A stretch of 63,412 nucleotides of DNA, counting the filler, from Collodictyon triciliatum (lineage: Eukaryota): assembly GCA_043381765.1 (NCBI GenBank). It is 24 parts of 24 records of this genome, joined end to end, with 100 filler letters (N's around TTAATTAATTAA, not from the genome) between each part and the next. Parts side by side here need not be neighbours in the genome. Positions count along the whole stretch, not along the records: positions 23,882 to 26,428 come from JBHJMP010008686.1; positions 26,529 to 29,076 come from JBHJMP010008687.1; positions 29,177 to 31,721 come from JBHJMP010008688.1; positions 31,822 to 34,366 come from JBHJMP010008689.1; positions 34,467 to 37,013 come from JBHJMP010008690.1; positions 37,114 to 39,653 come from JBHJMP010008691.1; 18 more parts are not named here. One strand, given 5' to 3'. The stretch's first letter is position 1, and each line of letters opens with the position of its first letter. Position numbers and translations under genes: made by a program. Under the pieces are notes generated by a model, which worked only from the letters and a program-made list of their open reading frames with translations, had not been told where the DNA came from and did not search any database. Positions 24,757-37,232 of the stretch are shown one piece after another.

Positions 24757-25752
24757 TTACTTGGGATTGAGGACGGCGATGCATTCCATATCAACATGGG
24801 CATCACGAGGAAGACCGACGGCTGCGTAACAGGCGCGGGCGGGAGGTTTCTTGGTGAAGATTAGGAATGGCAGTTATATGCTGTGTAAAGTTTTTGCCAT
24901 CTCCTGATTCCCAAGAACACAAGATACATCGGTAGAAAAATAATAAGGTATCAGATACGCTATACACGATAAATGATATACATGAAATGACTGCAAAGGA
25001 TGAGATTTGGATTCAAGCTTTTCTGGTGATGGCATGTGTCAATAATCTATCCAGTGAATGATTATACATGAAACGTGGATTTCGTTAATCGCCGCAAAGT
25101 CTTTGTTTCACGGAGGACAGCGGTTTGACAGCATTTGCAAGATACATCTGCCAGTCTCCAGAATAACCTTCATATTCTCCAAACCAGGCTGAGTGTCTGT
25201 TGAGTGGCGTGAAAGTGACTCGGCACAGTATACGCACACACAGATAGCCCAAATTGTATTATGTCATGATGAGGAGCTATATTGAAAACAACATAAAGTC
25301 ATGTCTTTGGGCAATTGATTGTTTGTGATAAACCCTGGTGAGCTTGAACTTTGGACATCGGCTGCAAGCTCCGTGTTCTGCGATGATAAAAATATTTTCT
25401 TTCAGTTTGGCTTTTTGAGTGAGGGATTTTGTTGAGTTTGTGAGAAATACTTTTATGCAACATGTTTTTCTTACTGCATTTGATAAACAAGAAAGTGAAG
25501 GAGTACTTGGTTGTGGAGCATCCACCGAGGGATTCATTCCGCTTTGCCCAGAGGCGAAGATGAAGCCCTTTGCTGTTGTCGCTTGGCTAAGAATAATATG
25601 CGACTTTGTTATGCGCAAAAGTACTTTAGTCAAAAGAGAACTTGTGCAGCAAGTATTGGGATAATACAATGCCTTTAAGGGCCGATCGCTTTGGGGACAT
25701 ATTCCGTGTGGATGATGTCCTTCGTAGAGCGTCTCTTTTGGGAGTCAACCAT
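24757..25752 (-). pseudogene. RidA/YjgF/UK114 enamine deaminase pseudogene
   Basis: IHTEYVPKAIGP*SQATTAKGFIFASGQSGMNP, LENMKVILE, DFAAINEI and PARACYAAVGLPRDA..VDMECIAV*, with an in-frame stop and several frameshifts; introns retained. Confidence 0.85.
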
Positions 25753-26528
25753 TATTTTGGCTGGGGCGGTGTTTTTTATTTTGTGAAAAGTCTGCTCACC
25801 CAACAAAAAGCAAATCTTTAAAATCAATAAGGAGTTCTATTGTGCGGTGGTGTATACTCACGCTAAAACAAGACCAAAAATACAACAAAAGTGAACCAAA
25901 AAAACTATTGGAAAAGGAAAACAAAAGGTAAATGCTCAATAGAATTTCCTTTCTTAAAAAACGCTAGATAAGCTGAAAGCGAAAGGATTATGCTTGCAGC
26001 GCCTTCCTTGATTTGCGTGCGAAAAAAAGGTATGAACTTCTCCCATGCACATAATAGAGGACAATGGTTATGTCCGCAGGCTATTGCTGTAAGTGAAAAT
26101 ATCTTCGTGTCTCTTCATCTATACATTCACTTTTTCTCTTCTTTTATTTCTCTATCTTTTTTTTCGTTGTTCCAATATTTTGCTAACACGTCGATGCCAG
26201 GAAAAAGTGGCCATCAAGAGACCAAAAACAATCAGGGTGTCTGCAGAGAATGCTTCTTCCATTTGGTTGAGACAGATACACCAAACGACTGTCATCAACA
26301 GGTCTTGAAATTGAGAAAAGCGTGACTATTCTTGTTCAGTTTATTGTTTCTTGCATCATTCCTACATTATACGACTCAATAGAAGTCACCAAGTCTCATC
26401 CAACTTTTCAAATGTTGCTTATTCGACANNNNNNNNNNNNNNNNNNNNNNNNNNNNNNNNNNNNNNNNNNNNTTAATTAATTAANNNNNNNNNNNNNNNN
26501 NNNNNNNNNNNNNNNNNNNNNNNNNNNN

Positions 26529-26669
26529 CTTTCTTGCACACGAGTTTCTGCTAAGAAACAGAGCATAGTCCATCCTATTTGTGGTTTGGGTGGACAAAGA
26601 AGCGCTTCGGAGAAGATTCGTCGCTGGGTTGCGGCTGAGCGAGCTGAGACTGCGGATTGCGTGGTTCAT
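26529..26669 (-). CDS. Possible kynurenine/2-aminoadipate aminotransferase N-terminus with mitochondrial transit peptide
   Basis: An Arg/Ser/Leu-rich leader is followed by MDYALFLSRNSCARK, which resembles the AADAT start; truncated by the scaffold end. Confidence 0.45.
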
Positions 26670-26847
26670 CGCAGGCGGCGTTCACAAGCAGACAGAAACA
26701 CAGGCGAAGTTCTTTTGAGAAGAAGTGGGAAGAGAGAGAGTAGAATAGAATGGGAGTCATTTGGCACATGTCTGATCACGCGCACTCGCCTTTTTTTTGG
26801 AAAGGAAAGGCGAAAATGGTATTGAAAGAAGAAAAAAGTGATTTGCT

Positions 26848-27015
26848 GATTTGATGTGATTTAATGTGATTTAATGTGATTTAATGTGATTTAATGTGAT
26901 TTAATGTGATTTAATGTGATTTAATGCGATTTAATGTGATTTAATGTGATTTAATGTGATTTAATGTGATTTAATGTGATTTAATGTGATTTAATGTGAT
27001 TTGATGTGATTTGAT
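26848..27015 (+). repeat. (GATTTAATGT)n decamer tandem repeat
   Basis: Directly visible. Confidence 0.95.
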
Positions 27016-29309
27016 GAGAAACGAAGCGACATTTTCCACAATTGTAGTATTGACACGCAGACAACAAACCCATACAAAGGGTGAATATTTTGTTCTGGAA
27101 TTTATTGTTTTTTCATATGCATGAATTCAAAATTTCGGCTGTGGTATCTGATAATTTTAAAAATATTTTCGAATATATATTTTTGTTACCAGCATATTAG
27201 AGTGGTTGTGAACAAACGAGACACCATGCCAATCTCGAGACTAATGCGTAGAGACACCATAGTGACATATAATCCTGAGGGTTGAAGCAACATTCCCGTA
27301 ATAACGCATCCAAGGCGCTTCTATCGCGGTAGCATGGCCCTATTCTCTCTTCATCACGAGATGCGGTGTCCCTGAAGGACTCGTTGCAGCAGAACCATCC
27401 ACCCAAATCCTTTTCTGCGTTCTTGTATTTTTTTTTATTTTTATATTTGATCATTTGTTGATTCTTTCCTCACATCCGCGGCTGGGTGCATCCGAAATAA
27501 AACGCCACGAGTACCACAAGGCGAAAGTCACATGGCCGACAACCAAAACACATAATTCTGTTCCCTCACACACCCAAACACACATGCACACTCAAGCAGA
27601 AAAAAAAGAAAAAAAAGAAAAAAAGAGTGCTCTGCTGGTATCGGACCAGCCAATCATTTGGTGCGGCTCCTGCAGAACCAAAGAACGCCCTCCGGCAGAC
27701 TCGCCACAGCAAAAGGCAAGGCAAAGCACCGAAGGCGCAGAAGGGCTCGATCGAATGAGGAATCTCGCCACACTTGGGATGGAAGGCCAAAGAGTCAATT
27801 AACAACTCGGTAATCCTTTTGCAAGTCCGCCCTCTATTCCCTTTTTTCTTCTTTTATTCTAGTTTCTCGATCCTTTTCCAAAACGAAATTCCCGATTTCG
27901 AAGTTCGTCTGCGCTGTTTTTCTGATTCGTTGATTGAAGCATTCCTTTCCTTTTCCTTTCTTCCCTTTCCTTTCCCACAACTTTCTTTTCATTTTTTTTT
28001 AATCCAAAACCTCGAATCATATAAAAAAATCAAGAACCAAAAATGTAAAAAAAAGAAAAAAAAGCAGATTCAAATAAAATAATAGATGATTATGGCACTT
28101 TGTTTGGTCCGGCTAGGTTTGGTTCGAATTGGGCTCTGCCTTTGTCTGAGGGCGCTGCGAATGATTTCTGCTCGGCATGAACGCCCAGGCCAGACGAAAT
28201 TCCTTAATAATACGAGCCCTTTGCATCCTTTCGTTTTATTATAATGGTTTTTTTCTCGCTGGTTAGCTTGCTCGTCACCTTGGAGAAAACCACTCGATCA
28301 ACGCACGTGTATCACCCAATCATCCTATTTGATTAGATCTGCTTAAAGTAACAATCTTTTATAATCGATTAAGTCCAATCAACCGGACGGAATCTAGAAC
28401 TGGGCTCGGTTTTCTCGCCTCGGCTGATGCCCGCTCTTGTGAGACCACTTTCATCAACCACCGACAACCACCTCTAACAATTATAATAAATATGCTGATT
28501 CATTTCGATCACCTGGCTCCATCATGTGCTATTGAGATTCTGTTTTTTGAAGAAATCATCGCACGTTATGCAAAGTTGGATGCTTGTGCACATCTCCCTC
28601 TCAAAAGCTCAAAGGGAAATAGATATGTTCCATGCAGCTTCCTTTAATGCCTCCATAGCGTAGTGCTTCGGTGCATCATACCCACCTGATCGTAACGACC
28701 TGCCTCGCATTGTCTTGCGGTCCAACTAAATTCCTTTTTCATCTGTTCTTCTGCACCCTTTTTCCTTCTTCCCATACTTGACTTTTTTGAAAGAGGGTAA
28801 TTACTTGACGCGACCTAAGAAAGAATTGAAGTTTTATATAATTCCTTAAAAAAACGCAATTTGCCTATTTGATTCTATATTCTGCAAACTAAACCATCTT
28901 CTTTTCTTCTTCTTATACGTACCCTTCAGCAAAGTCATGGCTGTAACGCGGGTCGAAAATAATCAACAAATTACCATTTACCTGGTTCCTATGAAATCTT
29001 TTTTTTTTCAACCATCTCTTCATTTTTCAGTTTGCATATTTTTGTCCCATATGAAAAGATATCAGCAAGCTTTGTCNNNNNNNNNNNNNNNNNNNNNNNN
29101 NNNNNNNNNNNNNNNNNNNNTTAATTAATTAANNNNNNNNNNNNNNNNNNNNNNNNNNNNNNNNNNNNNNNNNNNNAAAGAAATAAAAAAGAAATAAAAA
29201 AGAAATAAAAAAGAAATAAAAAAGAAATAAAAAAGAAATAAAAAAGAAATAAAAAGAAATAAAAAGAAATAAAAAGAAATAAAAAAGAAATAAAAAGAAA
29301 TAAAAAAGA

Positions 29310-29356
<47 letters not shown>

Positions 29357-29937
29357 NNNNNNNNNNNNNNNNNNNNNNNNNNNNNNNNNNNNNNNNNNNN
29401 NNNNNNNNNNNNNNNNNNNNNNNNNNNNNNNNNNNNNNNNNNNNNNNNNNNNNNNNNNNNNNNNNNNNNNNNNNNNNNNNNNNNNNNNNNNNNNNNNNNN
29501 NNNNNNNNNNNNNNNNNNNNNNNNNNNNNNNNNNNNNNNNNNNNNNNNNNNNNNNNNNNNNNNNNNNNNNNNNNNNNNNNNNNNNNNNNNNNNNNNNNNN
29601 NNNNNNNNNNNNNNNNNNNNNNNNNNNNNNNNNNNNNNNNNNNNNNNNNNNNNNNNNNNNNNNNNNNNNNNNNNNNNNNNNNNNNNNNNNNNNNNNNNNN
29701 NNNNNNNNNNNNNNNNNNNNNNNNNNNNNNNNNNNNNNNNNNNNNNNNNNNNNNNNNNNNNNNNNNNNNNNNNNNNNNNNNNNNNNNNNNNNNNNNNNNN
29801 NNNNNNNNNNNNNNNNNNNNNNNNNNNNNNNNNNNNNNNNNNNNNNNNNNNNNNNNNTCGTGGCTTGTGTAGGAGCCGCCGACTCTATGATACCATATTT
29901 GTCCGCTTGCTTGGTTATTCCCTTTCTCACGTTTACT

Positions 29938-30050
29938 AACTAGGAATATAACATCTTTCGATTGGTAAACTTGGTGCGCTAGTATCCAAGGTCTCAACAC
30001 TTTTTTCACAAAGGTTACGTAGTGGTGAAGGCTGCCAGGAAAGACCCAAA
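29938..30050 (-). ncRNA. Putative Fanzor omegaRNA scaffold, copy B
   Basis: Homologous to 16816-16930; stems TTCAC/GTGAA, CTTGG/CCAAG and ATC-GAAA-GAT. Confidence 0.55.
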
Positions 30051-31721
30051 AGCATGATTTTCTAGAGGAAGGTGTATACTTTTTATTAAAGGATTAAAAT
30101 AACTTACTTGAGTATATTATTAGCGCTGTTAAAGTCCCTTTATCAAGAATACACTTTGTTTGCTTTCTGAGCGATTGCATTCTTTACTCATGAGACATAT
30201 ATACAACTTTTTTTTGAATTTCCTTTCAGTATCATATATTCCAGTTCTTTTTCGCAGTTACAATACATATTGAGGTTCTAAATTCATACACGCTAACTGT
30301 TTCAAAACGTTTGGATAGTATTTTTCGTAATCCTCTTCTGATTGTTGGCCTATAATTGTTCATCGGACATTTTCTGCTCCAGTCTCCTTACGTCAGTACA
30401 GCATCCTTGCCAAATGCCTTATCGATTCGGTCCATAATCAACTGTTCACTTCCTTTTTGTATTAACATACTGTCTCCATATCATCTTTCGAAAAGGCACT
30501 TGTTCTTAAAATCTGGATAATTCTATCTGGCATCTTGATTTCAGATACATATTTTCGAAATTTTTCATAATCGACCGTGCATGAATTTGTTTACTCAGTT
30601 CTGTCTCTAAATCGATTAAAGATATTCTTAATGTCTCAAACTGTTGATTCTCTTCAAAGTCCTGTGACCAAAAGAAACAGCACTTTGTAAATCTGTTGCC
30701 ATCCATATCCCTGTATCGTTGTACTTTTCTTTTTGCGCAAGAGTATTTTGTGATTTTTAAGAGATTCACTATCATGTCTTCTTTGGTATGCCATGTAGCG
30801 TAATTTCTTACCTGTCTCATCCACCATGTAAACCAAATTAAACCTGTCTGCGTCCAGTCAAACTATTTTTTTTGTCACTAATAAAGATAACTGCTCTTCG
30901 GAAAGCTTATCTGTATAAACATTTTTTTTTTGGTCTTTTGATCATATTTTGGATTTTGAATATGAAATACCTTTCTTTTCAAACAATAATGACACCGCCA
31001 AGCCGTCTGTTTGTATCATGTATTTAAAATTGCAGTCTCTTTGATGAAATACCCTCTTCTTCATTTCAAAGAAATTATCACATAGTTTCTCATTACATCC
31101 TGATATATTCTTCATTAATGATGTTTTTCTAGTTGATACTAATAGACCTATCAAACATGCAGTATCTAGAGTAATATGACACGGTATATTGTTAATTCTT
31201 ATAGAGATTGGTTGAAACAGTTTGGTTCCAATGTCCTCAAAAATGCGATTCATGTAAATCAGACATGGAATGTACTTATTTGGATTGACTTTGGCGTCAT
31301 ATTCGATACCATTTACACTATCCCTGGTCATAATATGATTCAAATGCGGTGTAGTCCATTCTTTATATTGTTCCGGTATTTCAAGTTTGTTGAAGATGGC
31401 TTATTTTTTTAACTTTCGTAGCTCTGCCTTTTTAGTAGCTTCCGTCATATTCTCATCTTTAGGAACTGTTTGATTTATAAAGCGCAGTGACCTCTATACA
31501 AAATGTTCCTTAATGTTATTATGATAAGTTGTTAACATTTGCTCCGCCAAGCGCGGTAATACATGAGACAGTCCAACCAACGGAAAGCGTTCTTCTCGGG
31601 ACAAAAGGAATCGAAAATCAATGAGATACAAAAATCATTATGTCATCTCTCATTTCTGGTTTTTTTTTTTTTAATCTTGCGTGTCTATCTTGTGAAACTA
31701 TTTCCGACTGTCTTTGAAGCG
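29938..31721 (-). mobile_element. Fanzor1-like element, copy B, decayed, running off the scaffold end
   Basis: QMLTTYHNNIKEHF, PCHITLDTACL, MIQTDGLAVSLLF, LDADRFNLVYMVD (RuvC-I Asp at 30852-54), GDWS, YEFRTS (Glu at 30283-85), RDFNSANNIL (Asp at 30134-36). Confidence 0.9.
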
Positions 31722-32060
31722 NNNNNNNNNNNNNNNNNNNNNNNNNNNNNNNNNNNNNNNNNNNNTTAATTAATTAANNNNNNNNNNNNNNNNNNNNNNN
31801 NNNNNNNNNNNNNNNNNNNNNAATACAATACAATACAATACAATACAATACAATACAATACAATACAATACAATACAATACAATACAATACAATACAATA
31901 CAATACAATACAATACAATGCAATCCAAAACTCGCGCTGGTATGATCTTGATAGGATCGACATAGAATGTACAACCATATTGTGTACTCACTCGTTTTTT
32001 TTTTTCAACATCAAATTTTCAACATTTTCAAAAAGCATTTATATATTTAAGCAAATAAAC

Positions 32061-34200
32061 CTGAGCAAGTTTCCGACAAGCATCTACACCGTCATAAAAA
32101 TTTTCAAATGTCACTGTGGTTGACGCACGAAATCGAGGTCTGTTTTGCACATACAAACTTAGACGTGATAGTTTAATTACTTGTCGAAAAGAACTTGACC
32201 ATTCTGATTGATTATATAGAGCTATTGAGTCACAAATAATCACCTCTCCAGACACTTAAGCCATACTTGAGTGATGAATCCAAAAATCCCCTCTGAGCCT
32301 GCCATGAGCCTATCTAAGCTGGGCCCAGCACCACTTGCTGGCAGATGGCGCGACTGAAAAATTGCACCTGGCGAAACAACTCTCACTGGAGAATTGAGAG
32401 ATTATTAAAGAAATCAGTAAACAACAACAATATATATGACAAAAAAATGAGCCTAAAAAAGGAATAAAATTATAAAAGGCAGAGAAAAGGTACCCAAAGG
32501 ATTATTCAGGGATATAAAAAGAGGATTGCTTTGACTTATATAGAAAATTATGTCAGAAATACTCAGTAGAAATATGAGTATCACACCTCCTTCAACAAAG
32601 TCGTCAATATGTGTATGAGCTGTTGCAAAGTGCCCCTGTCCCCGCGTTGCCACCCACCCGCCCACCGTCTTAAAATGCAAACAAGGATCATGAAATAAAA
32701 GAGAAAAGTTACCATCCAACCACCTTAAAGGCTATATCTAATCCAAAGGGATCTGTGTGTAACGAATATATGGCGGATAGTGATCAATGGTGATTTTGGA
32801 ACTCAATTACCGAAAATTCAAAGCTTTGAGGGAAATGCCTTAAAGTCAGATTGTATTCCTTCAAAACAGCCTCCAAATCTGCAGACCAGAAAATATCATC
32901 GAAAAAAATATCTTTGCAAACTTACATGAATTCTGTAGTTACGAATAATGGTAAGTGATTAAAAAAACCTGGTCCGTACAGTCCACCTTCCACGTGAATC
33001 CAACGAGACTCTTTGTTAACCTATATGTTATTAGATATTTTTGAATAATGAACTGATTAAAATAGATTTGTAGATACTTTCAACCATGGCCAAATATGAA
33101 TTTCTTTTGTGTCTAAAATTGTACTTAAAGAACAATATTAAAACTATCGAAATGAAATAAAAAATTAATTATTAGAGATATGGTATAATAGTAAGATAGT
33201 CCGATTAAATGATCAAAAACATTATACCATAAGCGATTTTTTTCATCAGTTAAATGATGATGTTTGTATATTATTATTATTATTATTTTTAAAAAAAGAG
33301 CCTAAGACAAAGATTACATCACAACCAAACCTCGATGACACGGTTAAATCTTGACATGTCGACAGAGATGAATCCGAGGTAATGCCTACTAATAGGACCT
33401 TCGACTCCGCGAGCCACGCTACTTCCTCCTCCATACGGGACTAAAGCAACTTTCCTCGTAGAGGCAAAGCGTACAAGTATTTGCAGATCATCTTCGTCCT
33501 TGGGGAAGGCAACGTAATCTGATGCAAATGAATTGAATTGGAACAAGATAAACTAAATCTTTGGGACAAATAGACCACCAAAATAAAAAATGGTGTAATA
33601 ATACATATAAGGGCAAAAAAAATATAATTTGTCCAACGATTTATATTGCATGATAATATGTGAATGCAGTATAAAATAATTTTTCAGGTGGATCTATAAT
33701 TATTGTATATAGTGCGTAATGTTTTTAGTTCTAATAAAATATGAAAAAAGATAGTCAAATATATGTACATAATAATATTGCAATACCTGGTGGATTATCA
33801 AATTGGCCAAGTAATCCCTTCACAATATCAATAAAGCATTTTCCATATGTGTGAGACAGTCGATGATATTTTTCCTGTGAGCAAAATGAAACCTTCACGC
33901 AGATAAATGATTTATTAAAACTGTTTTTGCGTGCGTACCCATATATCATATGCTTTTTTTTTTTGTTGTAGTTTCTAAAAGTTTTCTCGACTAAATTAAG
34001 TGCCAGTGTAATTTCAAGAAAGAAAGAAAAAGACCCAGTATGTGAAGAAAATAGGGACATGTGAAAATGGAAGTATATACTTACAATTTCATGAGTGATT
34101 GCGAACCTTGGCGGACGGAGAATAATGTTTTCAGACAAAGGTGGCTCAGTCGGGTGATATTCGGGTGCACAGTCAAGGCCAAGTAAGAAGGGCAATGCAG
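32061..34200 (-). CDS. FAD-linked oxidase, bacterial-type alkyl-DHAP synthase-like, multi-exon, partial
   Basis: VPYGGGSSV, LTLRHFPQSFEFSTVGGWVATRGQGHFATAHTHIDDFVE, LPASGAGPSLDRLMAGSEGIFGFIT and VQNRPRFRAS over about eight exons. Confidence 0.9.
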
Positions 34201-34272
34201 CTATCTCAGAAAAAGGTTTTGGCTATCAATTAGCAAAGACTGTTCTGATTATTTCTAGTTTTAAGCCCAAAC

Positions 34273-34366
<94 letters not shown>

Positions 34367-34466
34367 NNNNNNNNNNNNNNNNNNNNNNNNNNNNNNNNNN
34401 NNNNNNNNNNTTAATTAATTAANNNNNNNNNNNNNNNNNNNNNNNNNNNNNNNNNNNNNNNNNNNN

Positions 34467-34561
<95 letters not shown>

Positions 34562-34569
34562 CGATCAGT

Positions 34570-36370
34570 AAATAACGAAAGGCTAGTACGAAAGTCGCTG
34601 TTTCGTAGGGCAACGCTGCGAGAGCGTAGTTAAAGGCTGCTAGTACTATGAGGCTCAAGTAATTACAAGCGAATAGTGTCTATGTGTGTTTTATCAAGGC
34701 ATTAATATAATCCGTGGTACGGATCAATTAACAGATTATGAAAAAAAAAACATAATTATCAACGATGATTAATTGAGCTGTACATACATGCCCTTTTTTG
34801 ATAGCATCCAATATTGTCTTTTCTTCAAGAAGATAAAAAGACGAAGTGATGGAAATGCACAAAGCGCAAATTAGTGGAGGAACCAAGAGAAGATAAACCA
34901 TATCAGTTAAGTCAACACCAATATCGTTATTTTCCTAAAATGAGGAAAAAAGAAAGGTTTGCTTTCAAACATCAGCAATGCCATAACTTTAATCTTTGGT
35001 ATATACTTTTAAATCAAACGCCTGTCCGATGTTTGTAGCTAGTATGCCATTTTGTGAACCGAGGTATGCTTTGTCTGTATTTTTACAATTATGCCAAATA
35101 ACTATTTATGAACAATATGATTTTTATTTCAATTTTGGCAGCTGATTAGTAAAAGAGGAAAAATAACCTTTTAACACGTAAGAAAATATTTCATATACCA
35201 ACACGGGTTGGTTGAGAAGGGAAAAGATGAAAGTGGCGACTGGATTAGTAAACCCCCAGGCGAGACCAACAATATCAAATTTCTAGTAAATAATATTAGC
35301 CAGAAACCATGTCTTAGGTTATTGGGTTTCCTTTCTAATTGGCAAAAACATGCAAAACAAGGCAGACTATTTTCAGAAGAAAGAATACCTCCTCATCTTT
35401 CTGGATAACAAGCTTTATCATACCTTAAAGGAAAAATTAGAAAGTTATGTCATTACAGATAGAGACTAGGTCATTTTATAGTTGAATAGTTCAAGCAGTT
35501 CTTTAAGAGGAGAATTTACCAGCAACAAAGAATCCACCAAAGAGCACATGGAACACTTGGTAGAGATATCTCATATCTTTATTATCTAGCAGATTATATG
35601 TCAAAACCATATATACATTGCGAAATTGACGGTATACAAAGTTTGAAAGAGAGATAATAGCATATTAACCATAACTCACCCAGTAGATTGGACAAAAACC
35701 AACCCAACGATAAGGCCCATACGACAGCACCGAGAATAGTGCCAATAAACTGAACAGAGAACACAAACTCGGCCCTGCATATTTATGATATTTATAATTT
35801 TGATCTATAAAGGATGATTGATAATTGGTTGCCAACTTTGTCACTTACAAAAATTTAATGGACACTGTAATGTATGACCATGGATAAGATGATGCGCCTT
35901 TATCAGTTATTGTATCTGGGATAGGATGAGGCTCTTCCACAGGGGTATGACTTCCAGGAGGCTCTGATATCTCAGCAGCCCCAACCTCTTCAAGGTCATC
36001 GTTTGGTTCACTGATTGCTTCTGAAGGGTTTACTGGGGACCTTTCTCTAGAGAATTCACCCGGTGAAAATGTTTGTGAAAAATCAGAGAATGAAGGCACC
36101 ACTTGGTCAATACTACGACGACCATCAGTCTTAGGATTTCCTCTTAGATTAGGACGCAGACTGGTATATTGTAGTGGTACTGAGTCTTGCCCATCAAACA
36201 ATACTGCGATTGCATTTTGTAAGGATTAGCAGCGAACTCACGGGACATGCAACAAGAAATAAAATAATTAGTATTGAATATCCCAATTGTTTGGTCTCCA
36301 ACACATGTGAAAAAAGAAATGTAAGAATTTGAATAAAAAGATAAATAATTACTTCTTCTGAGGGCTCCAT
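34570..36370 (-). CDS. Multipass membrane protein, possibly drug/metabolite transporter superfamily, 5' part
   Basis: MEPSEE start exon and acidic N-terminal region, then hydrophobic exons including LAAFNYALAALPYETATFVLAFR. Confidence 0.45.
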
Positions 36371-36821
36371 TTCTTTGGGTTCGTTTTATTTTTATTCAGT
36401 CAGAAATATATGCAATTTTTTTTTTATTGTGATGAGAGGAGTTTTCTTTCAATTTTTAAGAATGCAATCATTCAAAAGTAGCAAGACTGTATAGGGTATT
36501 TCTAAAGACCTTTCAGGAGGGCTATGTGCTGTGGCTCGTCCATCAGTATTGGGAACTTGGTCATATCTCGCTATAATTTGTATTTTTTAAAAGAAGACCG
36601 TATCTTTCCCTTCAAGTCAAAGTCATTAAGATAATGTTGCGTGGATGATAGGAATGCCGTTTTATTGCATATCATGATTTAAAGCTAAAACTAAGAGCCA
36701 CTTAGTTAGGTTGGGATCAAATATAATAAAAGGGTACTAAAACCACATGAAAACCCTTATTAGGTTCAAAAAAAATTATTATTATTTTATAATTACATAC
36801 AACGAAAAGGACCGAAGAGGA

Positions 36822-36936
36822 AATAACAAGAAATAACAAGAAATAACAAGAAATAACAAGAAATAACAAGAAATAACAAGAAATAACAAGAAATAACAAG
36901 AAATAACAAGAAATAACAAGAAATAACAAGAAATAA
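36822..36936 (+). repeat. (AAATAACAAG)n decamer repeat
   Basis: Directly visible. Confidence 0.95.
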
Positions 36937-37113
36937 ATAATAAAGAGGAACGTCATGTTAGGAGGTGTCTGATAGTTGATTCATACATATTTGAGAATTG
37001 TGAACTTTATGGGNNNNNNNNNNNNNNNNNNNNNNNNNNNNNNNNNNNNNNNNNNNNTTAATTAATTAANNNNNNNNNNNNNNNNNNNNNNNNNNNNNNN
37101 NNNNNNNNNNNNN

Positions 37114-37209
<96 letters not shown>

Positions 37210-37232
37210 ATCTGAGTCCTATAAATTCACAG

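Noticed and set aside
25674-25676. TAA at a conserved Tyr in RidA, hinting at an alternative genetic code
   Set aside because: The same gene has frameshifts, and intact genes here (ACAD, XPO4, ANKRD13, SNase) end in TAA with no internal TAA/TAG.
27190-28780. GC-richer patches that might be ncRNA or exons
   Set aside because: No tRNA, rRNA or snRNA motif and no coherent spliced frame was found.
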